Positions 29,301 through 37,545 of a stretch of 64,000 nucleotides of DNA are shown here, one piece after another. Within the stretch, counting starts at the first letter, position 1; each line of letters opens with the position of its first letter. The translations under genes were made by a program, and so were the position numbers. Origin of the DNA: Patescibacteria group bacterium. Its GTDB lineage: Bacteria > Patescibacteriota > Microgenomatia > Levybacterales > GWA1-39-11. The notes below the pieces were generated by a model. That model had not been told where the DNA came from and ran no database searches. It saw only the letters and a list, made by a program, of their open reading frames with translations. The DNA is taken from positions 13,324 through 77,323 of the forward strand of contig DASZRG010000036.1 of the NCBI GenBank assembly GCA_035549295.1, read 5' to 3'.

Positions 29301-29965
29301 ATTCTTCTCAGAAAACTTATGCTTCTAAATTTGATACATTATCAACACCTAACCCAGATACCGTAGCCCCTCTCCCCCAAAGTTCAACATCTGACAATAT
29401 ACTCTACTCTTACTTATCACCATATGATTCGAGTACTTCCAATTCGGACACCACAAATATTAGCCAAGAACAAAATGAACTATTAGCCCAAGGACAATTG
29501 AACTACTCTGACATATCAACTCCCGGCCAAACAGATCTTACAAACGGAGCGAATGGGGCATGCTCTGATGGCTGCATTTCCAATTCAGACGGTACAATTT
29601 ATGATCCAACAACAGATCAACTTTTGGGTCTAGATCAGACAGGAGTTTATGTACCTGTTGCTGGACCACCAACGCCTGAGGATATTCCTTATTCTGACCA
29701 GACAACTGCCGTCTCAAATGATGCATCTGGTATCTTCTCTGGAATAACAAATATTGCAGACCAGGCAACTCAAATGGCGCAAGGAGCAACTGATCAAACA
29801 GCAGATGCTGCTCAAAATCTTATAGATGCAGGTTTTCCTCCTGATGGATCGCCGAACTATGCTGATAATGGTCAGCCGATATATGACGTAGCGATGCCGG
29901 ATCCTGGTACGTTTATACCAACAGATCAAGGAGGATGTGACCCGACATATGGGTGCGCGTACTAA
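26369..29965 (+). CDS. Large secreted Ser/Thr/Asn/Gln-rich protein with a degenerate subtilase (S8)-like domain
   Basis: N-terminal TM ending RSHA; prodomain-like NEVLVRY...YCEPNY; IAIVDT, YHAIF, AVGYAVANGAKVVAP, GNSIAT..AAAYGILLSANPKLT; Cys-rich low-complexity tail. Confidence 0.65.
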   Translation: MSFINRFKETKFLDLEHKIGIAVFVLLTLVAIPVTVVSVKKTQDDRSHAAEPQNNLQLGYFDPSYFGVMSSVAHVDNEVLVRYNNSVNIKTRTGVNPSTDTFQVADITGGLPNNTLNNLKSLSVASIESAYKEPTAQNTQWGKTYISNTYRVKLNQGQDLVAAMNKLCSDGKVTMYCEPNYKFTPATNPNGGQTSPTSGKVLAATTTNQSRPSALIAIVDTPLPVNYNDIANAFGFSISNSQIQPAIEGTRDDNYKYHAIFAAAAGYATNPGVKYIFEGACGTTCSNSSLAQGIIDAVNKNAKVIYIGEANTFPKGVVPMSIASAVGYAVANGAKVVAPIVNPSSPTSMNSLPNTTSFIDKVLTFAHKITGFPPIAAAQGLLQPVPSSVQNSINTYAPKSSSQLQNALSQYATGNTGAGIAQNNPNTILISPQDTGIITQLVKAVNPNASAQDVQNLIKNSQTADANGRIDASTILQEASQLSSASNGTNTSNKQTSPAPSSAPTQNANGAKPSTTTPPCTSQPSCSPGVNAVTGNTTQAATGAITMPQAIQSIQTNSTGALQQLGINSSQLQSGINGNSIATGNGAAAYGILLSANPKLTNAQANDIIAANTKVQNCGGGGSQPACGIQLGQAVQDALGTAYNPPTLPPTAPAASTSNPPSTDPIITVPTAAAQTAYQTAVNNGDNLICQACGKNGEDLTFNQMTGQPYYTDDARTWYLAQIGLTPTGANATSATANPVVQPIAAVSVPLGSAVTGNPPAADSNTQPPKSQSSTAQSVSDLNQLASDIAAGKYDNLSAVQKETMFVNAFNANNIDVKDLTPAQAQQLQADLNTYHDQITSAQDAQASCVVNCSTYDSNATDQAYQNWNSLSNQLTQTGLTDPCAGLPANMPCGDGGSSSNLTQNSSGVSTCGSVEAKLSGTCDQAANGTVSTAPTGDQLRSGCVRVGSGISNDCVDTWVGNQVNGLINGIGTLTTDNSSQKTYASKFDTLSTPNPDTVAPLPQSSTSDNILYSYLSPYDSSTSNSDTTNISQEQNELLAQGQLNYSDISTPGQTDLTNGANGACSDGCISNSDGTIYDPTTDQLLGLDQTGVYVPVAGPPTPEDIPYSDQTTAVSNDASGIFSGITNIADQATQMAQGATDQTADAAQNLIDAGFPPDGSPNYADNGQPIYDVAMPDPGTFIPTDQGGCDPTYGCAY

Positions 29966-29970
29966 ATGCT

Positions 29971-30999
29971 ATGAATTCGAAGAATTATATAAAAGGAACA
30001 TTTTGGCAAAGACTTGCAGCATTTATTATTGATGCATTAATTCTTTTTGTTCCCATCTTCATATGGCTAATCTCAAGTCTTTACTTAAAGGTCAGAACTC
30101 AATTGATAATTGGTATCGTAAACTACGTTATTATTGCCTCTTACAATGTTTTTTTTCTTACACGGACTAGCTCCACAATTGGTAAAAAAATACTTAGACT
30201 TAAAGTAGTTAACTCAAATTACGAAAAAGCAAATATCAAAACTATTTTACTCCGAGAGGTAGTCGGAAAATTTATCTCACAAGCGATATTTAGCCTTGGA
30301 TACATTTGGGCGCTTGGCAATCCTAAGCGACAAACATGGCATGACAAAATTGCCAAGACTTACGTTGTCAGACTAGACAAGGAACACAACCTTACAGAAG
30401 GCGAAGATAAACAACCAACGAAGGTAGAAAAAATCCTATTCTATGCCTATACTTTATTCGTCATTATCTCAGTCATAATCGGACTTTTCTTTGGGATCGT
30501 AGGCCGCCCCGTCAGAAATATTTCAAGCTCTATGGAGCCAAACTATAAGCAGGGAGCTTATTACCTCACTACTCCACCGAGGAACATTAAACGCGCTGAT
30601 GTCGTAGTCTATACAGTCTTCATAAAAGGTCGACCAGTACAATTCATAAAGCGCGTCATAGGTCTACCGGGTGAAAAAATAGCGCTATATGAAGGGCGAG
30701 TATATATAAATGGAAAAGTTCTCTATCAGCTTAAATATCTATCAAAATCAGTGACTACTTCTGGCGGCGCGTTTTTGAAAGACAAATCTCAAATTATTAT
30801 TCCAAAAGGAACATATTTTGTGATGGGAGATAATAGATCCGCAAGTCTTGACTCTCGAGATATGGGATATCTACCCGGAAAAAACATCACTGGGAAAATA
30901 TGGTTCTGTTACTGGAATTGTCAGGGAAGTAAGGGGCCGAAGATAATTGGGAAGAGAACGGTTCCGACTCCGAAAGTAACTCCGGCGAAAGGGAAATAA
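29971..30999 (+). CDS. RDD-domain / signal peptidase I (S26) fusion
   Basis: FWQRLAAFIID, TIGKKILRLKVV, QTWHDKIAKTYVV (RDD); SSSMEPN, FIKRVIGLPGE, MGDNR..SLDSR (LepB). Confidence 0.88.
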   Translation: MNSKNYIKGTFWQRLAAFIIDALILFVPIFIWLISSLYLKVRTQLIIGIVNYVIIASYNVFFLTRTSSTIGKKILRLKVVNSNYEKANIKTILLREVVGKFISQAIFSLGYIWALGNPKRQTWHDKIAKTYVVRLDKEHNLTEGEDKQPTKVEKILFYAYTLFVIISVIIGLFFGIVGRPVRNISSSMEPNYKQGAYYLTTPPRNIKRADVVVYTVFIKGRPVQFIKRVIGLPGEKIALYEGRVYINGKVLYQLKYLSKSVTTSGGAFLKDKSQIIIPKGTYFVMGDNRSASLDSRDMGYLPGKNITGKIWFCYWNCQGSKGPKIIGKRTVPTPKVTPAKGK

Positions 31000-31019
31000 C
31001 TGAAATATCCCCGAGAGAA

Positions 31020-31056
31020 AAGTATCAAAGGTATCAAAAGTATCAAGAGTATCAAA
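31020..31056. repeat. 9-bp periodic GTATCA repeat x4
   Basis: AAGTATCAAAGGTATCAAAAGTATCAAGAGTATCAA; matches 16561-16595. Confidence 0.8.
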
Positions 31057-31116
31057 GGCTAATTTCTTTGTGTAAGATTGACTTGATTGGTCGTTTTCAT
31101 CAATAATTAAACTAAT

Positions 31117-31914
31117 ATGAAAGTGCAGTCTAAGAGGCGAAGCCGCGACTTTGTTGATAAAATATCTTACTTCCTTATAATTATTGCTCTTCCACTCGTT
31201 CTAGTTGATTATCTATTTCATCCTGCACCCGAACTTCGGGCTCTTTTTGATGAATATTTTATCTTTATATATTGTCTTTTCGTTGTTGAGCTTCTTATTA
31301 GGTTCTTAAGAACACGCAACAAAAAAGATTACATAAAAAACAATTGGGTAGAGTTTGTTATCGTCATATTTCCATTCTTCAGACTTCTGGGACTCGTCCC
31401 TATACTTGAGGAGGCATTTATCATAGGTATTGATCGTGTTACCAAAAAACTCGCTCACCCACATCACATAGCAGTTATAAACACTGTTATATTTATGTTT
31501 ATTGCAGTACTGGTTGCAAGCGAGGCAATATTATTTTTTGAGAAGCCATATGGCGGAAGCACAATACGAACTTTTTCTGATGGTCTTTGGTGGTCAACTG
31601 TTGGAGTTTCAAATATTGGATTTGCAGGCAATTTAATTCCTGAATCGATTGGCGGTAAGATTCTCAATCTCTTATTAGTCTTTATTGGTATGTTTTCGCT
31701 TAGCATGATAACGGCAAATATTGCGGCATTTTTTACAGAAGAAGATGTAAAGGCTGATATCGATCGAGAACTAGTTGAGATAGAACTTGATCTTTCAAAA
31801 GTTAAACGTGAAATGAAAACTGAAATTGACCATGATGACACTGAAATAAAAGATGAGCTCAAAAAGATTGAAGACAGGATAGACGAGCTGAAAGATAGCA
31901 AGAACAATGGATAA
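31117..31914 (+). CDS. Kv-like ion channel with atypical pore and C-terminal coiled coil
   Basis: Multi-TM layout, FVVELLIRF, TFSDGLWWS...P.SIGGK, acidic coiled-coil tail. Confidence 0.75.
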   Translation: MKVQSKRRSRDFVDKISYFLIIIALPLVLVDYLFHPAPELRALFDEYFIFIYCLFVVELLIRFLRTRNKKDYIKNNWVEFVIVIFPFFRLLGLVPILEEAFIIGIDRVTKKLAHPHHIAVINTVIFMFIAVLVASEAILFFEKPYGGSTIRTFSDGLWWSTVGVSNIGFAGNLIPESIGGKILNLLLVFIGMFSLSMITANIAAFFTEEDVKADIDRELVEIELDLSKVKREMKTEIDHDDTEIKDELKKIEDRIDELKDSKNNG

Positions 31915-32785
31915 CTCTCAAGTCTATAAAAAACTTCGCGACAAATGGATCACGCGCCATATAGAGTCACAAAAATCACTGTTTGAAAAACACGGCGCAA
32001 CAATCAATAATTTTGTCAATAATACACGCAACTTTGCTGTTGGCTCAGCATCTGCACTAATGCTTTTATCGAGTCCCGCAACCAATTTCCTTCCGCCACC
32101 TCACACCATTGTCCATGAAGCCAAAATACCTGTTGAGAAAAGTGTTTTTGTCGCATCAGACCTATCAAGTCTTGTCCCTGATGAAGTCAGGGAACTTACG
32201 CCAAGCGAGGAGAGTTCAATATCGGGAGTTCTCACTCGCGATTTTGGCATAAAAGTCGTTCCCGAGTTGAATGGCATAAGACTCAATCGTACATATGGAC
32301 TAATTGGTGCGGAGCAACACCTGATGCGATATCCAGGAGATACTATGGATTCGCATTTTGACAAAGTTTCAGATGATTTAGAATATCGTGGATCTGGCAT
32401 GGCACCAGGACTTGGCGGGTGGGGATACTTTGCAAAATCAAAAGAAGAAATGACTCAAAAAGATGCTGATCGCGAGAAATATTATATTGCGGTACAGAGT
32501 TTTCTAGCACCAGGATTTGCCGAAAATACTCGCGAATATATAAGCTTTTTTAAGTTCCGCAAAATGCTAGTAGTCAATCCTGACAATGGCCACGCAATAG
32601 TTGCTGATATTGGAGACGCAGGCCCCGGGATTCATACAGGAAAACATCTAGGTGGGTCGCCTGAGGTTATGAGATATCTTGAACGCGTTGATGGTGCACA
32701 AAAAGGTGGTGTACTTTATTTTTTTATCGACGACCCGAAGGACGAAATCCCGCTCGGGCCGATAGAGACGAAGCAAGAAATATAG
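31907..32785 (+). CDS. Conserved hypothetical protein
   Basis: 292-aa ORF; C-terminal VADIGDAGP...GGSPEVM reminiscent of DPBB-like folds. Confidence 0.7.
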   Translation: MDNSQVYKKLRDKWITRHIESQKSLFEKHGATINNFVNNTRNFAVGSASALMLLSSPATNFLPPPHTIVHEAKIPVEKSVFVASDLSSLVPDEVRELTPSEESSISGVLTRDFGIKVVPELNGIRLNRTYGLIGAEQHLMRYPGDTMDSHFDKVSDDLEYRGSGMAPGLGGWGYFAKSKEEMTQKDADREKYYIAVQSFLAPGFAENTREYISFFKFRKMLVVNPDNGHAIVADIGDAGPGIHTGKHLGGSPEVMRYLERVDGAQKGGVLYFFIDDPKDEIPLGPIETKQEI

Positions 32786-32869
32786 ATTATAAATTAGATA
32801 TTATAGATTATAAAAATAAATTCTATGTAAAAATATAATATGTTATCTATAATATTTAATATCTAAAAC

Positions 32870-33196
32870 ATGGTAAAACACTTTTATTCATTTATAGTTG
32901 AGACTGATACTCTATTTATGGAGATTGATTCACTTGAGATTTCAGATCATGAAAAAGAGCATCTCAAATCTCTTGCTGAGTCAAATATTCATCATGCCGT
33001 TCTCGATTCAGTTTTATCGAAACTGTCTGAATTGGACAAAGATATATTTTTGGAATTCATAAATTCGAAAAATCATGAACGTACTTGGAAATTTTTAAAC
33101 ACAAAAATAAGAAATGCAGAAGATCATATCAAGAATGCCGCAGCTGAAATAAAAAAAGAGCTCTTCAAAGATATCCACGAAGCCAAAAAATCATAA
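32870..33196 (+). CDS. Hypothetical helical protein
   Basis: 108-aa ORF. Confidence 0.65.
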   Translation: MVKHFYSFIVETDTLFMEIDSLEISDHEKEHLKSLAESNIHHAVLDSVLSKLSELDKDIFLEFINSKNHERTWKFLNTKIRNAEDHIKNAAAEIKKELFKDIHEAKKS

Positions 33197-33203
33197 TAAT
33201 TTC

Positions 33204-33321
33204 GTCATTCTGAACCCCGATCCAATCGGGGAACCTTGTTTCAGAATCTCATACTTCGAGGTCCTGAAACAAGTTCAGGACGACAATTGGAAATAGTCAT
33301 GCTGAATTTATTTCAGCATCT
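33204..33321. repeat. GTCAT...GAC palindromic element (CTGA subtype) plus an extra arm
   Basis: Two-arm element 33204-33284 and GTCATGCTGAATTTATTTCAGCATCT at 33296-33321. Confidence 0.92.
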
Positions 33322-33341
33322 TTAGTGTGTATAATCAATGG

Positions 33342-33884
33342 ATGTCAAAATCTCAACAACTTGAGAAGATCGCTGAAGAAATTGCAAAATGCAAAATTTG
33401 CCAAAAGAACAAGCATGGACTACCCGTTCCTGGGGAGGGAAACCCTGATGCAGATGTAATGTTTATTGGTGAAGCACCAGGTCGCAACGAAGCTGAAACT
33501 GGTCGCCCCTTCATTGGGAGATCTGGAAAACTTCTTCGAGAAGCAATTAGAGGTTTAGGTTTGACTGAAGAAGAAGTCTATATAACAAGCCCCGTTAAAT
33601 ACCTACCTGATTATGTGACTCCAACTGATGAAGATATCGCCCATGGAATGACTCATCTTTCAAAGCAAATGGAAGTTATAAATCCAAAAGTTATGGTTCT
33701 TCTGGGAAGCGTTGCCGTCCGCGGAGTGCTTGGCGAAAAGCAAATGATAAGTAAAGTTCACGGAACGGTTATCAAAAAGGATGAAAGGTCATACTTTATC
33801 TCTTACCACCCTGCAGCAGCAATACGATTCCAAAAATTCAGGAAAACATTTCTTGATGACTTTCAAAAAATCCCCCTAAAATAA
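33342..33884 (+). CDS. Uracil-DNA glycosylase family 4
   Basis: GEAPG, GRPFIGRSGKLL, YHPAA; likely start at 33342. Confidence 0.9.
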   Translation: MSKSQQLEKIAEEIAKCKICQKNKHGLPVPGEGNPDADVMFIGEAPGRNEAETGRPFIGRSGKLLREAIRGLGLTEEEVYITSPVKYLPDYVTPTDEDIAHGMTHLSKQMEVINPKVMVLLGSVAVRGVLGEKQMISKVHGTVIKKDERSYFISYHPAAAIRFQKFRKTFLDDFQKIPLK

Positions 33885-33896
33885 TTCCACCTCCTC

Positions 33897-34276
33897 GTCA
33901 TTGCGAGGGTTTGAAAAACCCGAAGCAATCTCTATAATAAATTCGTGAATTCAAAACAATACTATGTATATATTTTGACGAATAAACTAAATACGGTTTT
34001 ATATACTGGTATAACAAACGACTTAATTAAGAGAGTTTATGAACACAAAAATAAATTAGTTTCGGGATTTACTGAAAGATATAATGTTAACAAGCTCGTT
34101 TACTATGAAATCGCCGAGGACGCATAGGAGCAATAAAACGAGAGAAACAAATCAAAGGTGGTTCAAGGGGTAAGAAAAACGATTTGATTACAAAATTTAA
34201 TCCCGATTGGAAAGATTTATATGATGACCTTGCATGAGATTGCTTCGTCAGTCGCAAGCTCCTTCCTCGCAATGAC
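33897..34276. mobile_element. Putative GIY-YIG cassette bounded by inverted palindromic arms
   Basis: Left arm GTCATTGCGAGG-N12-CGAAGCAATCTC (33897-33932); right arm GAGATTGCTTCG-N17-CCTCGCAATGAC (34236-34276). Confidence 0.65.
33945..34237 (+). pseudogene. GIY-YIG nuclease family gene with a single-base frameshift
   Basis: YYVYIL.N....LYTGITNDL.KRVYEHK...FT.RY...LVYYE stops at 34127; the -1 frame continues IGAIKREKQIKGGSRGKKNDLITKFNPDWKDLYDDLA* to 34237. Confidence 0.88.
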
Positions 34277-34288
34277 AAAGAATGTATA

Positions 34289-34630
34289 TTAATCTTTGCG
34301 ATTTTTCTCTTTCTCTATTCTATCGGATATCGTTACTAATTTATCTCGAACGGCGCGGTCGAGATCAACATTTGATGATATAGCAAGCTGCATGAGGGTG
34401 ATGAGGACATCTGCGAACTCCTGATAAATATTTCTTCTATCAAAACGTTCTAATTTTGCGCGTCTTTGAAGCTTGAGAATCGATAGAATATCATTGCACA
34501 ATTCTCCTACTTCCTCATTTAACTTCACAGTTCGAGCCAATATCTCCTTCTCTCGCGGGGTATTGAGAGTATACTCTACACTCGGTGTGCTAAGAGCTTT
34601 AATTTTTTCTTCTAACTGCTTCAGATCCAT
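34289..34630 (-). CDS. MazG-like nucleotide pyrophosphohydrolase
   Basis: KLNEEVGEL...QEFADVLI motif. Confidence 0.82.
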   Translation of the reverse strand: MDLKQLEEKIKALSTPSVEYTLNTPREKEILARTVKLNEEVGELCNDILSILKLQRRAKLERFDRRNIYQEFADVLITLMQLAISSNVDLDRAVRDKLVTISDRIEKEKNRKD

Positions 34631-34683
34631 GAATTCAATTCAAGTGTACAATCAAATAATCGATTTAGCAACATAGTAGTTTA

Positions 34684-34771
34684 AGTCATTAAGATTAAAA
34701 GACTAAAATGATTAGCCAACACTATCCTTCCCAGGTTCTCTTGATCACTAATTCCTTTAGTCTTAATCACT
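34684..34771. repeat. TAAGATT/TTAGTGA-type periodic inverted repeat
   Basis: 34736-34771 closely matches the reverse complement of 8495-8530; a direct-orientation arm lies at about 34684-34716. Confidence 0.65.
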
Positions 34772-34798
34772 ATTATCCTGCCGTAGTATAATCTATCT

Positions 34799-35203
34799 AT
34801 GCCGAAATTAAAGATTGAGAGAGATGAAGAAGTACAAGAAGGTGAGATCGTTGAAACCCAATGGGATTTTAAAAAGATTGCAATTGGACTCGTTGTTTTG
34901 GTCGTAATTTTTATAGGAATTTCTTATTTTTTCCTTCCGAAAAGCGGTGAGGATACAGCCCTGACTGCAACCCTAGGTGCATCGACTTCAAGCGAAGACT
35001 TGTCTCCAACTCCTCCTCTTCCAAAAAAAGAAGACGTTCAAAAAGTGATAACAAACGTTCGCGATACTTTATCAAAAATCACTTCTGATAACATAACATC
35101 ATCACAAGCAGCTATTCAGAAAATAATTACTGATCTGCAAGGTCTCCAAGGGAAAAATGGTGCAGCCGAGACATTCTGTAAGCTTGTATGTAATAATAAA
35201 TAA
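34799..35203 (+). CDS. Hypothetical single-TM protein
   Basis: 134 aa, TM segment, C-terminal CxxxC. Confidence 0.7.
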   Translation: MPKLKIERDEEVQEGEIVETQWDFKKIAIGLVVLVVIFIGISYFFLPKSGEDTALTATLGASTSSEDLSPTPPLPKKEDVQKVITNVRDTLSKITSDNITSSQAAIQKIITDLQGLQGKNGAAETFCKLVCNNK

Positions 35204-35212
35204 TACCTGTCA

Positions 35213-36481
35213 ATGTACAAGAAAATTAAGAATTTATTAAAGTCACTTGGGCCTGGATTTATAACGGGTGCATCAGATGATGACCCGTCTGGTATTGCAA
35301 CCTACTCTCAGACCGGAGCTCAATTCGGATATACACAGCTCTGGACTTCACTTTTTTCATTTCCCTTTATGGCTATTATCCAGGAAATGTGTGGCAGAAT
35401 AGGGCTAGTTACGGGTCGAGGTATTGCAGTTATTGCTCGCGAACACTACGCCAAATCCATCCTTTATATCGCAGTATTTCTTCTTCTTGTGGCTAACACA
35501 ATCAACATTGGTGCCGATTTAGGCGCTATGGCATCTGCAACTGGCCTCCTGATCGGACTTCCATTCGTCGTTATACTAATATTCTTTACAGTTCTTACTC
35601 TTCTTCTTGAGGTTCTCGTGCCATATCCTGCTTACTCAAAAATTTTAAAGTATTTAACAGTTTCGTTATTTGCATACGTATTTACGGCAATAATCATTAA
35701 GCAGGACTGGCGCTCGATAACTCTTGCGACTCTAATTCCAACAATATCATTTAAAGAAGACTATATTTTCAACATTGTTGCAATTCTCGGAACAACTATC
35801 TCACCATATCTTTTCTTCTGGCAGGCAGATGAGGAGGTAGAAGAAGAAATAGAAGATGGAAAATTAAATTATATGGGTCACGGAACACCACAGATCACAA
35901 AGCGTGATATTAAGAAGATGAGAGCAGATACTCTTGTTGGTATGTTTTTTTCAAATATTGTTATGTTTTTCATAATCGTTGTTGCGGCATCAACTCTCCA
36001 CCTTCATGATATAACTACTATTCAGACAGCTGATCAAGCGGCCTCAGCTCTCAAGCCATTTGCGGGTGAATTTGCATTTCTACTTTTTGCTCTAGGCATC
36101 ATAGGGACAGGGCTGCTTGCAGTACCCGTTCTTGCGGGTTCTGCCGCATACGCAATTGCTGAGACTTTTCGTTGGAAAGCAGGTCTGGGACTTAAGTTCA
36201 GACGTGCGCATGGATTTTATGGCGTTATTACTATTGCAACCATAGTGGGTCTACTGGTAAATTTCACGCCCGTAAAACCATTTCAGATGCTTTATTATGC
36301 GGCAATTCTAAATGGAGTTGTTGCTCCGCCACTCATTGTTCTTCTTTTGTTTATTGCAAACAACAAAAAGATTATGGGAGACCATACCAACTCACTTCTT
36401 TCAAATGTCTTTGGTATTGCAATAGCGTTGATTATGGGTATCGCCTCGGTCCTTCTTTTCGCAAATTTAATAAAGCTATAG
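35213..36481 (+). CDS. NRAMP-family divalent metal transporter
   Basis: LGPGFITGASDDDPSGIATYSQ.GA, GTTISPY.FFWQ. Confidence 0.9.
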   Translation: MYKKIKNLLKSLGPGFITGASDDDPSGIATYSQTGAQFGYTQLWTSLFSFPFMAIIQEMCGRIGLVTGRGIAVIAREHYAKSILYIAVFLLLVANTINIGADLGAMASATGLLIGLPFVVILIFFTVLTLLLEVLVPYPAYSKILKYLTVSLFAYVFTAIIIKQDWRSITLATLIPTISFKEDYIFNIVAILGTTISPYLFFWQADEEVEEEIEDGKLNYMGHGTPQITKRDIKKMRADTLVGMFFSNIVMFFIIVVAASTLHLHDITTIQTADQAASALKPFAGEFAFLLFALGIIGTGLLAVPVLAGSAAYAIAETFRWKAGLGLKFRRAHGFYGVITIATIVGLLVNFTPVKPFQMLYYAAILNGVVAPPLIVLLLFIANNKKIMGDHTNSLLSNVFGIAIALIMGIASVLLFANLIKL

Positions 36482-36543
36482 AAATTGCTTATACTTACTA
36501 GCTAGATTACTCCCCACGTTCAACTTCGCGATATTAGAAAATC

Positions 36544-36630
36544 GTCGTCCTGATACTCGCTTCAGGACCTCGACGAGATGCTGAAACACGTGAAAGCTGC
36601 TGCTTCCAGTGCAAGCAAGTTCAGCATGAC
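36544..36630. repeat. GTC...GAC palindromic element, inverted relative to the 3' part of the 23518-23652 element
   Basis: GTCGTCCTGA...TTCAGGACCTCGACGAGATGCTGAAAC[insert]AAGTTCAGCATGAC between convergent genes. Confidence 0.85.
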
Positions 36631-36639
36631 AAAAGGGGA

Positions 36640-37281
36640 TTAATTGAATAGTCCCTTGAGGATATTGAACGTGCGGCCTGTGTCGTGGTCTTCGACAATC
36701 AGGATAAATTCATGAGGATTTGTAATAACTTCCAGTATATTTATACCATCCCATGCAAGAGATTTGAGAAAGAAATAGTAAATACCCGGCGTTTTTATCG
36801 TATTTGGTGGAAGATATATAGTAACTGCCGATACTTTATGCTGTAAAAGAATGGGCCTTTTACCATCGATTGTCTCTTTATACTTTTCGTAAAGATCCTG
36901 GCTTAAAATGAGAGTCGTCTCTCGTCTGCCCTCATTTCTAAAGTAAAGTGATCCCGAATCCATCTCTTGGGAAAGCAGTAGCGACAAACCACGGTCTTCG
37001 TTTTTGTTAAGCGTTACAAGAGTAAAGCCCGAACGAACACTTATTTCTGGGGCGACTTTAAAAAGATTGGAAGTCTTGTATTTTGGTTGGAAATCAGGCT
37101 CAAGACGATTCAGAGCCATAACAATAGATGCCTGACTCACCTTTTTCAAAAGCATCTCCTCTATCTCAGGCTTTATATAACGGGCAAGCGATGAATAGTT
37201 AATAATTCCCTTTGAAATAGCCTCCGATAAATATCGGCTGCGCTCAATAATCTTTTTGGTTGCTTCCGGAACGGTTATCAT
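36640..37281 (-). CDS. ACT-domain protein (aspartate-kinase regulatory-domain-like)
   Basis: GIINYSSLARYI N-terminus; TPGIYYFFLKSLAWDGINILEVIT ACT-like C-terminus. Confidence 0.7.
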   Translation of the reverse strand: MITVPEATKKIIERSRYLSEAISKGIINYSSLARYIKPEIEEMLLKKVSQASIVMALNRLEPDFQPKYKTSNLFKVAPEISVRSGFTLVTLNKNEDRGLSLLLSQEMDSGSLYFRNEGRRETTLILSQDLYEKYKETIDGKRPILLQHKVSAVTIYLPPNTIKTPGIYYFFLKSLAWDGINILEVITNPHEFILIVEDHDTGRTFNILKGLFN

Positions 37282-37286
37282 AAGAT

Positions 37287-37461
37287 CACGAATGTATCCA
37301 AATGGTTAGCCCGCCTTGCCGGCGAGGCAGGTCTGAATGATCCAAATTCTAATTTGAAATTATGTGTCAATTTTGAAACCCAATCTATACAAACTTATAA
37401 GCATTCGGGTTATTCGGATTGCAAATCTGAATAATTTAGCCTGTCATTCGGATACATTTGT
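37287..37461. repeat. CGAAT/ATTCG-type imperfect inverted repeat
   Basis: CACGAATGTATCCAAAT...CATTCGGATACATTTGTG; ATTCGGGTTATTCGGA also occurs at 53651. Confidence 0.55.
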
Positions 37462-37545
37462 GTTAATATTTTAACATTTTTTATAAATTTGTAAAGATTT
37501 GTATAAAATTTGACTACTATATATTTTTTATATTATTATTTCCCC

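Noticed and set aside
34087-34278. 63-aa minus-strand ORF
   Set aside because: Starts in the repeat arm and is antisense to the GIY-YIG gene
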